A DNA stretch of 32,383 bases from positions 1 through 32,383 of the forward strand of contig CAZRUH010000005.1 of NCBI GenBank assembly GCA_964603325.1, read 5' to 3'. A program made the translations under genes and the position numbers. The notes beneath the pieces were generated by a model. That model had not been told where the DNA came from. It saw only the letters and a list, made by a program, of their open reading frames with translations, and searched no databases. Of the stretch, positions 1 through 8,704 are shown one piece after another. Each line of letters starts with the position of its first letter. Position 1 is the first letter of the stretch. The DNA is from an uncultured Bdellovibrionales bacterium (GTDB taxonomy: Bacteria > Patescibacteriota > Minisyncoccia > Moranbacterales > UBA9337).

Positions 1-2262
1 TTCGTTATTATCTGATTTGCCATTTTCAGAATTTTCCGTACTCAAAATATCTGCGTCCTTAACTTTAATTTCGAATTGAGATTTTTTATTTAAATCTGTT
101 TCACCTTCAAATGTCAGCGTTTTCTCAGAAGCTGTGTCATCATCTTTTTGCAAAATATTAGTCACTTCTATTTTATAATTCCCATTACCAACTCCTTGCG
201 CTAAAATCTTGTATTCACCGTCAATTGGATTTGGAATTGTAATAAACTCCGTATCCGTTTTATACCCGGTATAATACGCACCCGGAATTTCATTGAAAAT
301 TTCTCCCGCCTCAAAATTCTTTCCAATTCTCTTTCCATCGGGAGCAATAATTTGAATATCTATTGGAGAGAAAACTTGAAATAATAACATATTTGGAATA
401 TCCCATTCATCTATAAATTTGCACACTCTATCTTCTTCATCTAAATTTTCATCTTCAAAATCTCCGGTTAATTCACGAACAACTTCACATTGAGTTTTTG
501 TTGGCAAAGCAGTATGCGATGCGTCAAACTCCTTTTGGATATCTGATTCAATAACATTAGCACTTGCTATTGGAACTGTTCCATCGCCACTTCCCAGTAT
601 CAACCCTCTATCACTTTTTGCATCATCAAAATTTTCCGGATAACCATCCTTCCACTTATCCACAATTTTTTTATCTACAATTTTAATCTGAGAAATTGTT
701 TTATTACTTTTTGTTTTTCCTATAAAATCTATAATCTGGAGATTTTTCAATTTTGCTAAACCTTCTTTTGCATTTAAGTTTTCCAAAAATTTATTCCGTG
801 GATAATTGTCCGGATACTTTTTTAATTGTTTGTCATTTTTCACATCAATCAAATAACTATAATTTGGAAGAAGTTCTTGTACGGAAGGGATTTTTTCACG
901 AATATATTTTCCCAAATCATCATATCCTTTTTCTTTTGCTTCGTGATTAAGATGTCGTCGCAAATATTTATCTCCTATTCTGAAATAGCCTTCACCAGCC
1001 TCCCACATCAAATAGGTTTTCGGGGCTCCTTTATGAGGTGTTCCCAAAAATATCAGTTGATCAATATCATTTCCGTAATCTCCATCCTCAACATATTCCC
1101 TCGCCACCAAACCACCCATAGAATGTGCCACAATATCAACCTTGGAAATACCAGTTTTTTTCTTAACCTGCCTTATTTTGTATTTTAAAAGAATAGCCGT
1201 TTCCCTATTGCTTCTACGCCAATCATAGGGAAAAGTAAAAAAATTCTTATTCTCTTCAAATCCATTTCTTTTAAAAGATTCTATTAGATCATCATATTTA
1301 TGCCAAATCGGATCAATCTTTAACTCTCCGTTAGTATTAAATGCCGACCCTAAAATTCCGGGAATTAAAATAACAGGATCTGTAATCATTTTATTTTTTT
1401 TAAATCCATCCAAGTTATAATCTCCAAACAAACTGAATCCATCCTCAACAAACGGTCCCTTCTCATCGCCATACCAATTGTTTTTTAAATAAACCAGATC
1501 TTTACAATTATTAATTTTTTCATTTTTTAAAAGACTATATTCCGCACACTGATTAGCAAAAACGGCTTGCTTATCGGAAAAATTACTATTGACTATTTCT
1601 ACTTTTGGTAAATAAATATCTTTGGGAACGCCATTATTATCAGTAACTACACCCACGCCAACTTTCACATCTCCGCCGACACTATTTAAAAAAGTAGAAT
1701 TTTCAATTTTCACATTGCCCCCATTTATTTGCATAGCAGGCAAACTTGCTTCGTTATAGTAAATGGCAGATTGTGCATAAACATTACTTAATAAAGACTT
1801 TTTTTCAAATCTGGGGAGTATTGCCTGAAAAAATGAATCATTCCCACCTCCATCAATAACTGCGTAACGAAAGAATGACTGATATTTTTTACTTTCAATT
1901 GAAATGTTAAAATGGATATGTTTTTTTGCAGAAAAAGTAATCTCTTCGTTTGTTTCTCCATTGGCAACAATTTTCCCATTCAAAACCTTAATTCCCAACA
2001 TTAACATTGGGTTTTCGCTTTGGTCAAAAACAATATTTGAACCACTCTCAATGGTTAAAGTGGCTCCATTTTTGATAATTATCGGCCTGTTAAAAATCAA
2101 GTTGTCATTTTTATGCCAAACAGTATTTTTGGAAATTACAAGAAAATTATCCTCTAAATTGTTTGGCACTAAAAACAGAAAAGAATTGGCATTAATATTT
2201 GGAACTATCGGAGCAAACATGAAGACCAATATCAAAACACTATAAAAAAATTTCTTAACCAT
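1..2262 (-). CDS. Secreted alpha/beta-hydrolase of the LCAT/PGAP1-like lipase class with an N-terminal beta-rich region; 3' end truncated by the window edge (at least 754 aa)
   Basis: Not in the ORF track. Manual translation from ATG 2262 is open to position 1. Signal-peptide-like start MVKKFFYSVLILVFMFAPIVPNINA; DPVILIPGILGS (PGILGS at 1345-1362); FPYDWR; nucleophile elbow VDIVAHSMGG (AHSMGG at 1111-1128); FLGTPHKGAP; GDGTVP (571-588); candidate catalytic His in SHTALP (514-516). Confidence 0.88.
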   Translation of the reverse strand, partial: MVKKFFYSVLILVFMFAPIVPNINANSFLFLVPNNLEDNFLVISKNTVWHKNDNLIFNRPIIIKNGATLTIESGSNIVFDQSENPMLMLGIKVLNGKIVANGETNEEITFSAKKHIHFNISIESKKYQSFFRYAVIDGGGNDSFFQAILPRFEKKSLLSNVYAQSAIYYNEASLPAMQINGGNVKIENSTFLNSVGGDVKVGVGVVTDNNGVPKDIYLPKVEIVNSNFSDKQAVFANQCAEYSLLKNEKINNCKDLVYLKNNWYGDEKGPFVEDGFSLFGDYNLDGFKKNKMITDPVILIPGILGSAFNTNGELKIDPIWHKYDDLIESFKRNGFEENKNFFTFPYDWRRSNRETAILLKYKIRQVKKKTGISKVDIVAHSMGGLVAREYVEDGDYGNDIDQLIFLGTPHKGAPKTYLMWEAGEGYFRIGDKYLRRHLNHEAKEKGYDDLGKYIREKIPSVQELLPNYSYLIDVKNDKQLKKYPDNYPRNKFLENLNAKEGLAKLKNLQIIDFIGKTKSNKTISQIKIVDKKIVDKWKDGYPENFDDAKSDRGLILGSGDGTVPIASANVIESDIQKEFDASHTALPTKTQCEVVRELTGDFEDENLDEEDRVCKFIDEWDIPNMLLFQVFSPIDIQIIAPDGKRIGKNFEAGEIFNEIPGAYYTGYKTDTEFITIPNPIDGEYKILAQGVGNGNYKIEVTNILQKDDDTASEKTLTFEGETDLNKKSQFEIKVKDADILSTENSENGKSDNNE

Positions 2263-2548
2263 TATTTTTAGATTTTATCTTTTTAAAATATCTAACAATA
2301 ATAAATAAAAGTAATGCTATGTTTATTATTGGCCAATAATCTAATATGAAAAATATAAACCATTTATTATAAGATAATACACTTACATCTTCATATAAAA
2401 TCCAATTACTTAGGATTGATATTACAAGAATGGTTGGCAGCAATTTTTTTTTGGTTACAAAAAATACAATAATTGTTATCATGAATGCAAGCAAAAATAA
2501 GATTGCTAGTATTAAATTATTATCTGGTCCTACATCAAACATAAACAT
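2255..2548 (-). CDS. Small membrane protein (97 aa, about 3 hydrophobic segments)
   Basis: ORF with hydrophobic stretches separated by Lys clusters; overlaps the start of the lipase gene by 8 nt. Confidence 0.7.
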   Translation of the reverse strand: MFMFDVGPDNNLILAILFLLAFMITIIVFFVTKKKLLPTILVISILSNWILYEDVSVLSYNKWFIFFILDYWPIINIALLLFIIVRYFKKIKSKNNG

Positions 2549-2685
2549 TTTTGCAAATTACACGCTTTCTAAATTGAAAACATACAATTTTTTATTAATA
2601 GTTAATTAATTTTCTTTTATTAAGTATATGCACAAATAACAATTAAAATTAAACCAATAAACACTGCGCTATCCAAAAAATGGTA

Positions 2686-2721
2686 TACGACACTTTAGAC
2701 CGATCAGTCTAAAGTGTCGTA
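2686..2721. repeat. 36-bp near-perfect palindrome (REP-like element or hairpin)
   Basis: TACGACACTTTAGAC-CGATCA-GTCTAAAGTGTCGTA: 15-bp perfect arms, central GATC, one mismatch overall; GC-richer than its flanks. Confidence 0.9.
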
Positions 2722-2792
2722 GCAAAAATCAAAATTAAATTTTCAACAAATTTATTTTAAATATTTAAATGTTAGATATTCCGGTAGTATTG

Positions 2793-3332
2793 TTATTTCT
2801 CAGAATAAAAAGCGTTCAGTCGCTCCTCCAAATATTCTATAATTTCTTTTGTGTTTTCCTCTTTGCTTTTATTCTCAGTGTCTATTACAAGTTCCGGATT
2901 GCGAGGTTCCTCAAAAGGGTCTTGGATTCCCGTAAAATCCTTTATTTCACCTTTTCTTGCTCTAACATACATACCTTTTACATCTCTTTTTTCACATTCC
3001 GATAAAGAACATTTTACATAGACTTCCACAAAATCATTACAAAGACTACGCGTAAAATCACGCATTTTTTGATAAGGCGAAACAAATGCGGATATTACAT
3101 TAACCCCATTATCTGATAACATTTTCGCAACATAAGCTAATCGTTTAATATTTTTATTTCTATCACTCTTACTAAATCCCAAATCACTGCTAATAGTCTT
3201 ACGAACCGTATCACCATCCAGCCTCTGAATTGGTAAATTTTTATTCCTAAAATATTTTTCTATTTCCTTTGACAATGTTGTCTTACCACTACAAGGTAAT
3301 CCCGTAAACCAAATTACTATTCCTTTTTTCAT
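2793..3332 (-). CDS. cysC: Adenylyl-sulfate (APS) kinase
   Basis: WFTGLPCSGKTT P-loop, LDGD, DLGFSKSDR, RDVKGMY, FTGIQDPFEEP. ATG at 3332 preferred over TTG at 3350. Confidence 0.95.
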   Translation of the reverse strand: MKKGIVIWFTGLPCSGKTTLSKEIEKYFRNKNLPIQRLDGDTVRKTISSDLGFSKSDRNKNIKRLAYVAKMLSDNGVNVISAFVSPYQKMRDFTRSLCNDFVEVYVKCSLSECEKRDVKGMYVRARKGEIKDFTGIQDPFEEPRNPELVIDTENKSKEENTKEIIEYLEERLNAFYSEK

Positions 3333-3351
3333 ATTTATTTCTATCGCCAAA

Positions 3352-4629
3352 CTATTTAATTTGCCAATTATGCTCCAAAAAAATTATTCCGGCTCTCTCA
3401 TCTCTGGATATTATTTTTATAAATTGATCATTATCCTTGCCATTGTATTCATCAACGATATCATAAACCTTTCCATTCTTTTTTAATAAAACAACCCGAC
3501 AATAAAATGTTCCTCTGTTAAAAATGGTTTTATTAAATAGAATGGTTACGGTATTTACTCCTCTTTTCCACCTAACACCGACTTTATCCACTTTTGTATT
3601 ATTGCCACACAAAATACCTCCACTACCGCCATCAAAAATTTGGACGGCGACAACAAAATCCTCTCTCTCAACCTTATCAAGATTAATTTTTGCTTTGATT
3701 GCCAAAAAATCGCCGTATTTAATTGCTTTTATATTTTCATTGTTTTTATCTAAAACTTCAACTTTCACAATTCTGTTTTTTGTTGATTTATTTTTTTTGT
3801 TCTTCAATTTATTTTTTCTTTCCAATTCTTTCTTTTTTATCCTTTCTTGTTCTTCTATCTCTTGTCTGGCTTCTTCGCTTATATTCTTTGAAACATAAGC
3901 ATCACAAACCTTGTCAACATTATCATATTCAACAACTTTGCCATTTCTCAAAAGCATCGCTCTATCGCAATATTTTCTAATAACTCCAATATCATGCGTT
4001 ACCAAAACCACGGTTTTATTGGTATCACGATATTTTCTAAAAACATCAATACATTTTTTTTGAAAATTACTATCACCAACCGCCAAAACTTCATCCATTA
4101 AAAGTATTTCTCTGTTGGCAAAGATTGAAACACTAAAAGCCAACCTGACACTCATCCCGGAAGAATAATTTTTTAATTTCTGATCAATAAATCTTTTTAA
4201 TTCCGAAAAAGCAACTATGTCATCAAATCGCTCATCAATTTCTTTTTTGGTCAAACCCAAAACCGTTCCGTTAAGATAAATGTTATCCCGTCCGGAAAGT
4301 TCCGGATTAAAACCAATTCCCAATTCCAAAAAAGGAGACACTAATCCGTTAATTTTTATTTTTCCTTTATCAGGACGATAAATTCCCGCCAAAATTTTTA
4401 AAAGCGTTGATTTTCCACTTCCATTTCTACCGATAATTCCAAAAAATTCACCCTTTCTAATTTCAAAAGAAACTTCATTGAGAGCATTGAATTTTTCATA
4501 ATCATTATCTTTCAAAGCATTAACAAATGCTCCCCGCACACTATTTATTTTATTGTGAGGAATTTTAAAAGTTTTAAACACCTTGTCAACTTTTATGGCC
4601 ACATTGCTTATTTCGGTTTTTTTTGTCAT
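3352..4629 (-). CDS. wzt: Polysaccharide/O-antigen export ABC transporter ATP-binding subunit with C-terminal Wzt_C-like domain
   Basis: Walker A GRNGSGKST, LELGIGFNPELSGRDN, signature YSSGM, Walker B ILLMDE, H-loop VTHD, beta-rich C-terminal extension. Confidence 0.9.
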   Translation of the reverse strand: MTKKTEISNVAIKVDKVFKTFKIPHNKINSVRGAFVNALKDNDYEKFNALNEVSFEIRKGEFFGIIGRNGSGKSTLLKILAGIYRPDKGKIKINGLVSPFLELGIGFNPELSGRDNIYLNGTVLGLTKKEIDERFDDIVAFSELKRFIDQKLKNYSSGMSVRLAFSVSIFANREILLMDEVLAVGDSNFQKKCIDVFRKYRDTNKTVVLVTHDIGVIRKYCDRAMLLRNGKVVEYDNVDKVCDAYVSKNISEEARQEIEEQERIKKKELERKNKLKNKKNKSTKNRIVKVEVLDKNNENIKAIKYGDFLAIKAKINLDKVEREDFVVAVQIFDGGSGGILCGNNTKVDKVGVRWKRGVNTVTILFNKTIFNRGTFYCRVVLLKKNGKVYDIVDEYNGKDNDQFIKIISRDERAGIIFLEHNWQIK

Positions 4630-4694
4630 AATTTGTTTAATTAAAAATCATTTTCAATTATATACTTGCTTGTTTTATTATAAAATACTTAAAA

Positions 4695-6482
4695 TTATTT
4701 ATTGTCTCTTTTTAAACTTCTGTCATTTTCAAATAATAGCGCTAATTTTATATCATCATAGGAAATTTTTTTATCCAAACATTCAAAAATCGCTTTCAGT
4801 TTCATCGTCCCATCTTCCAAAAAATCAGCATCCGAATTTTTCTTTTTAATATTTATAATCGCTTTTTGGATATTTTGCAACACTCTTTTGTTCGGTTTTA
4901 AAAAATCAATATCAATATTTGGCAACAACTTTTTTATTTCTTTAATATGTCTATATATTGTATCTTTCGTCAATCCTCGTTTTTTTGAAATTTCCTCAAT
5001 GTCGTTATTGCTTAAAATCATTTTTTTTGTAATTTCAATGGTGCTTCTTTTTTCATTTGCTTTATTTATCTTTCCATTTTTATTGTTAATAATTTTTACT
5101 TTCTTATTTTTACTATTGAAAATATTTTTTCTATTTTTCAGAATATTCTCTTTATTATTGGTTCCTCCTATGCGAATTATAAATTTTTTAAATTTTTTTG
5201 TTTTTTCCTCATCCGAACATTTTTCCCATTTTAAAGCATTTGCTTGAGAAATTTTTTTCATCTCGTTATCAATGCTTATAACTGATTGATCCACTTGTAA
5301 AGCTATCTCATTTAATCCCATCAGTCGCAAACCGTCTATTGACTTTATGCGCGATAAAGCCACATATCCCTGACCAACTTCAAAAGTTTTGGATAAATCA
5401 ATCTCAGCGACATCTAAAGTCATTCCTTGTGATTTGTGAATCGTTAAAGCCCACGCCAGACGCAAGGGAATTTGTTTTACAGATGCTTTCACATTTCCAT
5501 TATCATCTTCCAATGTCCATTCTTCATAGTCAACTATAATTTCTTGTCCGAAAGAAGTTTCCACAATAGGTAATCCCAAATCATTTGAAAAACCGATTAC
5601 TTTTCCAAGCGTGCCGTTAACATATCCTTTCTCGTAGTTATTTTTAATGAAGATAACTACAACATCTTTTTTTAATTGCAACTTCTCATCAATCAATGTT
5701 GAGTTACATATCTTTCCCACATCCTTTTTTGAACCTTTGGAAACGGAATAAAATGTTTTGGGCGTCATTTTCAGATTATTCAATTCCTTCTTGTTTATTT
5801 TGTCCACATCTATATTGTGTGTATATAGTCGCGTTGGACTAAAACTAATTTGCAATTTTTTCCTATAGCAAGAACGAAAAATATCCATTGAATTTTCTGA
5901 AATTTCTCCGGAGCGTATCTCATCTAAAATATTTATCAAAGTAGTATCATTTTGTCTATACTTTTTCTCCAAATAACAAATCTTGAGATTGCTTTCCTCC
6001 CAAATATCCGTCTGCCAAATAAAACGAATTTCTTTGCCACCACTTGATATCGGAGGTAATTGAAAAAAATCACCGGTTAAAACTATTTGCACTCCCCCAA
6101 AAGGCTCCTCGGAATATCTAAAAAATCTTAAAATTTTATCAACGGAAAAAAATAATTCCGGGGAAACCATAGAAACCTCATCCATCAACAAAACTTTTAA
6201 ATCTGTCAACTTTTTTCGCAAAAATTTTCTATATACCAATCGCTTTAAATATTCATCATCCACATATTCTTTTGCGCCAATACCAAAAAAAGAATGGATT
6301 GTTTTTCCTCCAATATGCGAAGCTGCTATTCCGGTCGGGGCCACTATGGCGGGACTGATATTTCTCTCTTTTAAATAATTTATATATTCATTTAAAACAT
6401 ATGTTTTTCCGGTTCCCGCAGATCCGGTTAAAAAAACATTTTCTCCCGACTTTAAAATATCTAAAGCTGTTTTTTGTTCCAT
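4695..6482 (-). CDS. Pif1-family (SF1B) DNA helicase with C-terminal helix-turn-helix (HTH_40-like)
   Basis: GSAGTGKT, APTGIAA, TIHSFFG, DEVSMV, FGGVQIVLTGDFFQLPP, QIPLRLAWALTIHKSQGMT, GQGYVALSR; C-terminal IEEISKKRGLTKDTIYRHI...ISYDDIKL. Confidence 0.9.
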   Translation of the reverse strand: MEQKTALDILKSGENVFLTGSAGTGKTYVLNEYINYLKERNISPAIVAPTGIAASHIGGKTIHSFFGIGAKEYVDDEYLKRLVYRKFLRKKLTDLKVLLMDEVSMVSPELFFSVDKILRFFRYSEEPFGGVQIVLTGDFFQLPPISSGGKEIRFIWQTDIWEESNLKICYLEKKYRQNDTTLINILDEIRSGEISENSMDIFRSCYRKKLQISFSPTRLYTHNIDVDKINKKELNNLKMTPKTFYSVSKGSKKDVGKICNSTLIDEKLQLKKDVVVIFIKNNYEKGYVNGTLGKVIGFSNDLGLPIVETSFGQEIIVDYEEWTLEDDNGNVKASVKQIPLRLAWALTIHKSQGMTLDVAEIDLSKTFEVGQGYVALSRIKSIDGLRLMGLNEIALQVDQSVISIDNEMKKISQANALKWEKCSDEEKTKKFKKFIIRIGGTNNKENILKNRKNIFNSKNKKVKIINNKNGKINKANEKRSTIEITKKMILSNNDIEEISKKRGLTKDTIYRHIKEIKKLLPNIDIDFLKPNKRVLQNIQKAIINIKKKNSDADFLEDGTMKLKAIFECLDKKISYDDIKLALLFENDRSLKRDNK

Positions 6483-6487
6483 TTCGG

Positions 6488-8704
6488 TTATTTAAAAAAA
6501 TTACTAATGACTAGCCCGTAAAATTTATCGGTAGTTAATTTTGCGCTTAAACAATAAGATTTGTCATTTTCTTCCGACGATGAACATTTTTTAAGCTCAT
6601 CACTTTTCCAATTTAAATGGTATTTTTTGGGATAATTGATTTGCAGATTATAATCACTTCCAAATCCGCCCAACTGTTTTTGAATTAAAACCGAGTAAGT
6701 GCTTGTCGGATTATCTCCGGTAAAATTTATTTTGAATGGCAACAAATACTTGTACTTAATTGTAACGGTTTCCTGGGGGCTAACATAAACCCAGTTGGCA
6801 AAAACGGTTTTTCCAAATTCATCGTAAATTCTTGTGCCTGTTTTTTCATCAATCCTGATACTATTTTCTTCCCTTTCAACATCAGAATCTCTTTCAAATC
6901 CAAGAGCATCATAATCTACCGGAGATTTGTTAATCTCCCTGGTTTGTCCTTCCACTCCTAAAAATTTTGACCCCTTTGGAACATACACTCGCATATAATC
7001 AGCATTGACCTTATTCCACCACTCATACTTTTTGCCTCCACCATTGTGTTTTCTGGTAATTGCAAGAGTATCTATTACTCTGCCATCATCCAAAATATCG
7101 ACTTGATGATTAACAGTTTCATCAATAACCCCGTCAGTTTTATATCCGTTTATATTAGTATTAACGACATTTAAATAATCTTTTTCCGTTTGCAATATTT
7201 CTCCCGACCATCCCAAGTCAGAAATTATTTTTTGCAAATTATCGTTGGCGGAAAATAAAATTATTTGTTTTTCAGACAATGACCTCTCCACAACTTCCAT
7301 TATTTTGAAAAGTATTTTTGGATCATCGGAAGACAATATTTTGTTAAAAACTATCGGTGTCAAATCCGCCAAAATTTTCTTGGGACGATTTTCTTTTTTG
7401 TCGTAATTTTCCTCAACTTCATATTGAATATTTTCTATAAAATTATCTTTAGTCAATACGAGATTATACTTATCCATTTTTATCGGTCCGGTAATTGCCA
7501 AAAGTTTTTGCATTACAACGGGAGTAACGGCAATTACACCATCTACTGTCGGTCCTCCGGTCTTTTCGTAAAAAAGCATTGCTTTTTTTGCAGACAATGG
7601 AAAATCAGGAAACCAATTACTATCATGCAAACTCCACGAAACACTTATTTTTTGAATTGGTTTTGGTGGAACTATTTTATCCGTTAATTGCCCGTCAGGG
7701 TTAAATATTCCGTCCACAAAAAATTTTTGCACCCTCCCATAACTATCAATACTTAAAATACCGTAAGTACCGATAAATCCCCCCGTAGCTCTCATTTCCT
7801 GATTATTTTGAAATAAAAACAAATATTTACGAGGACCGTTGGCGCCCAATAAATCCGCTATCATAGCGCTATTTTCAGAAAATATATTTATTGAACTTGT
7901 TGCCAAATAAATGTTGTTTTTCAAACTTAAAACTTGCTCTCTTTTTTCTTCCGGCAAATCATCTATTTTAACTTTTTTCAAATATTCTTGCGCTTTTTCA
8001 ATATTAAGTTGAATATTTTTTAATTCACTGTTTAGTGTTAAAAAAATTTTCAGAAGTGATTGTTGCTCCCTTTTTTTGTTGTCATTTTTTAAATTATAAA
8101 ATGCTTCCGCCAACCGACTTACTTTTTCTCCCGCCAAAGCCATTTGTTCGCCGGCTTTTGCCAAATAATAACCACTGGAAATTTTTGAAACTCCGGGAAT
8201 GTATCTGATAAAAAACACGCTACCTAAACTTAACTCTCTCAACTGTTTAGATATATCGTAAAAATTGTGGTATGCTTCATTAAATTTTTTTCCGGAAGAA
8301 TAAAAATTTTGTCTTTTTAGATTTTCTAACGCTAAGTTTGTGTTATTACCGGCCTGATCGCTTATTCCCAAAACCCGTTCTTTTATCTCTAATCCCCTCT
8401 TTAAAAACAAATATACTCCGACAACAAGAATAACCAAAGCAAAACCCAATAAAAAATATTTGATTATTTTCTTAATATTGTCATCAAAGAAGTTGTCCGT
8501 TTGATATTTTTTATTGTCACTGACATAATTTAAATACTCTTCATCTTTTCCGTGTTTGTCTCTCCACTCAACTTTGGAATAATGATTTTTTGCAAAATCA
8601 TTATTGTCCGCATATACCCCCTCTCTGTATTTTTGTTCCAAAAAATTTTTTCGCTCATCATTGCTGTTTTTATTTAATTTTCCTTTTGTTTTGATGATAT
8701 CCAT
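6488..8704 (-). CDS. DUF4012-domain membrane-anchored extracytoplasmic protein
   Basis: Single TM near the N-terminus, long helical region, then YLFLFQNNQEMRATGGFIGTYG, DSNWFPDFP, DGVIAV, NINGYKTD, YMRVYVPKGS motifs typical of DUF4012. Confidence 0.85.
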   Translation of the reverse strand: MDIIKTKGKLNKNSNDERKNFLEQKYREGVYADNNDFAKNHYSKVEWRDKHGKDEEYLNYVSDNKKYQTDNFFDDNIKKIIKYFLLGFALVILVVGVYLFLKRGLEIKERVLGISDQAGNNTNLALENLKRQNFYSSGKKFNEAYHNFYDISKQLRELSLGSVFFIRYIPGVSKISSGYYLAKAGEQMALAGEKVSRLAEAFYNLKNDNKKREQQSLLKIFLTLNSELKNIQLNIEKAQEYLKKVKIDDLPEEKREQVLSLKNNIYLATSSINIFSENSAMIADLLGANGPRKYLFLFQNNQEMRATGGFIGTYGILSIDSYGRVQKFFVDGIFNPDGQLTDKIVPPKPIQKISVSWSLHDSNWFPDFPLSAKKAMLFYEKTGGPTVDGVIAVTPVVMQKLLAITGPIKMDKYNLVLTKDNFIENIQYEVEENYDKKENRPKKILADLTPIVFNKILSSDDPKILFKIMEVVERSLSEKQIILFSANDNLQKIISDLGWSGEILQTEKDYLNVVNTNINGYKTDGVIDETVNHQVDILDDGRVIDTLAITRKHNGGGKKYEWWNKVNADYMRVYVPKGSKFLGVEGQTREINKSPVDYDALGFERDSDVEREENSIRIDEKTGTRIYDEFGKTVFANWVYVSPQETVTIKYKYLLPFKINFTGDNPTSTYSVLIQKQLGGFGSDYNLQINYPKKYHLNWKSDELKKCSSSEENDKSYCLSAKLTTDKFYGLVISNFFK

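Noticed and set aside
753-2245. Track ORFs 753-950, 826-1188, 1904-2245 (+) and 1788-1979 (-)
   Set aside because: Antisense or out-of-frame shadows of the motif-rich lipase ORF at 1-2262.
2756-2769. 14-bp palindrome TTTAAATATTTAAA and shorter AT palindromes near 2593-2609
   Set aside because: A/T-only sequence in very AT-rich DNA; plausible by chance.
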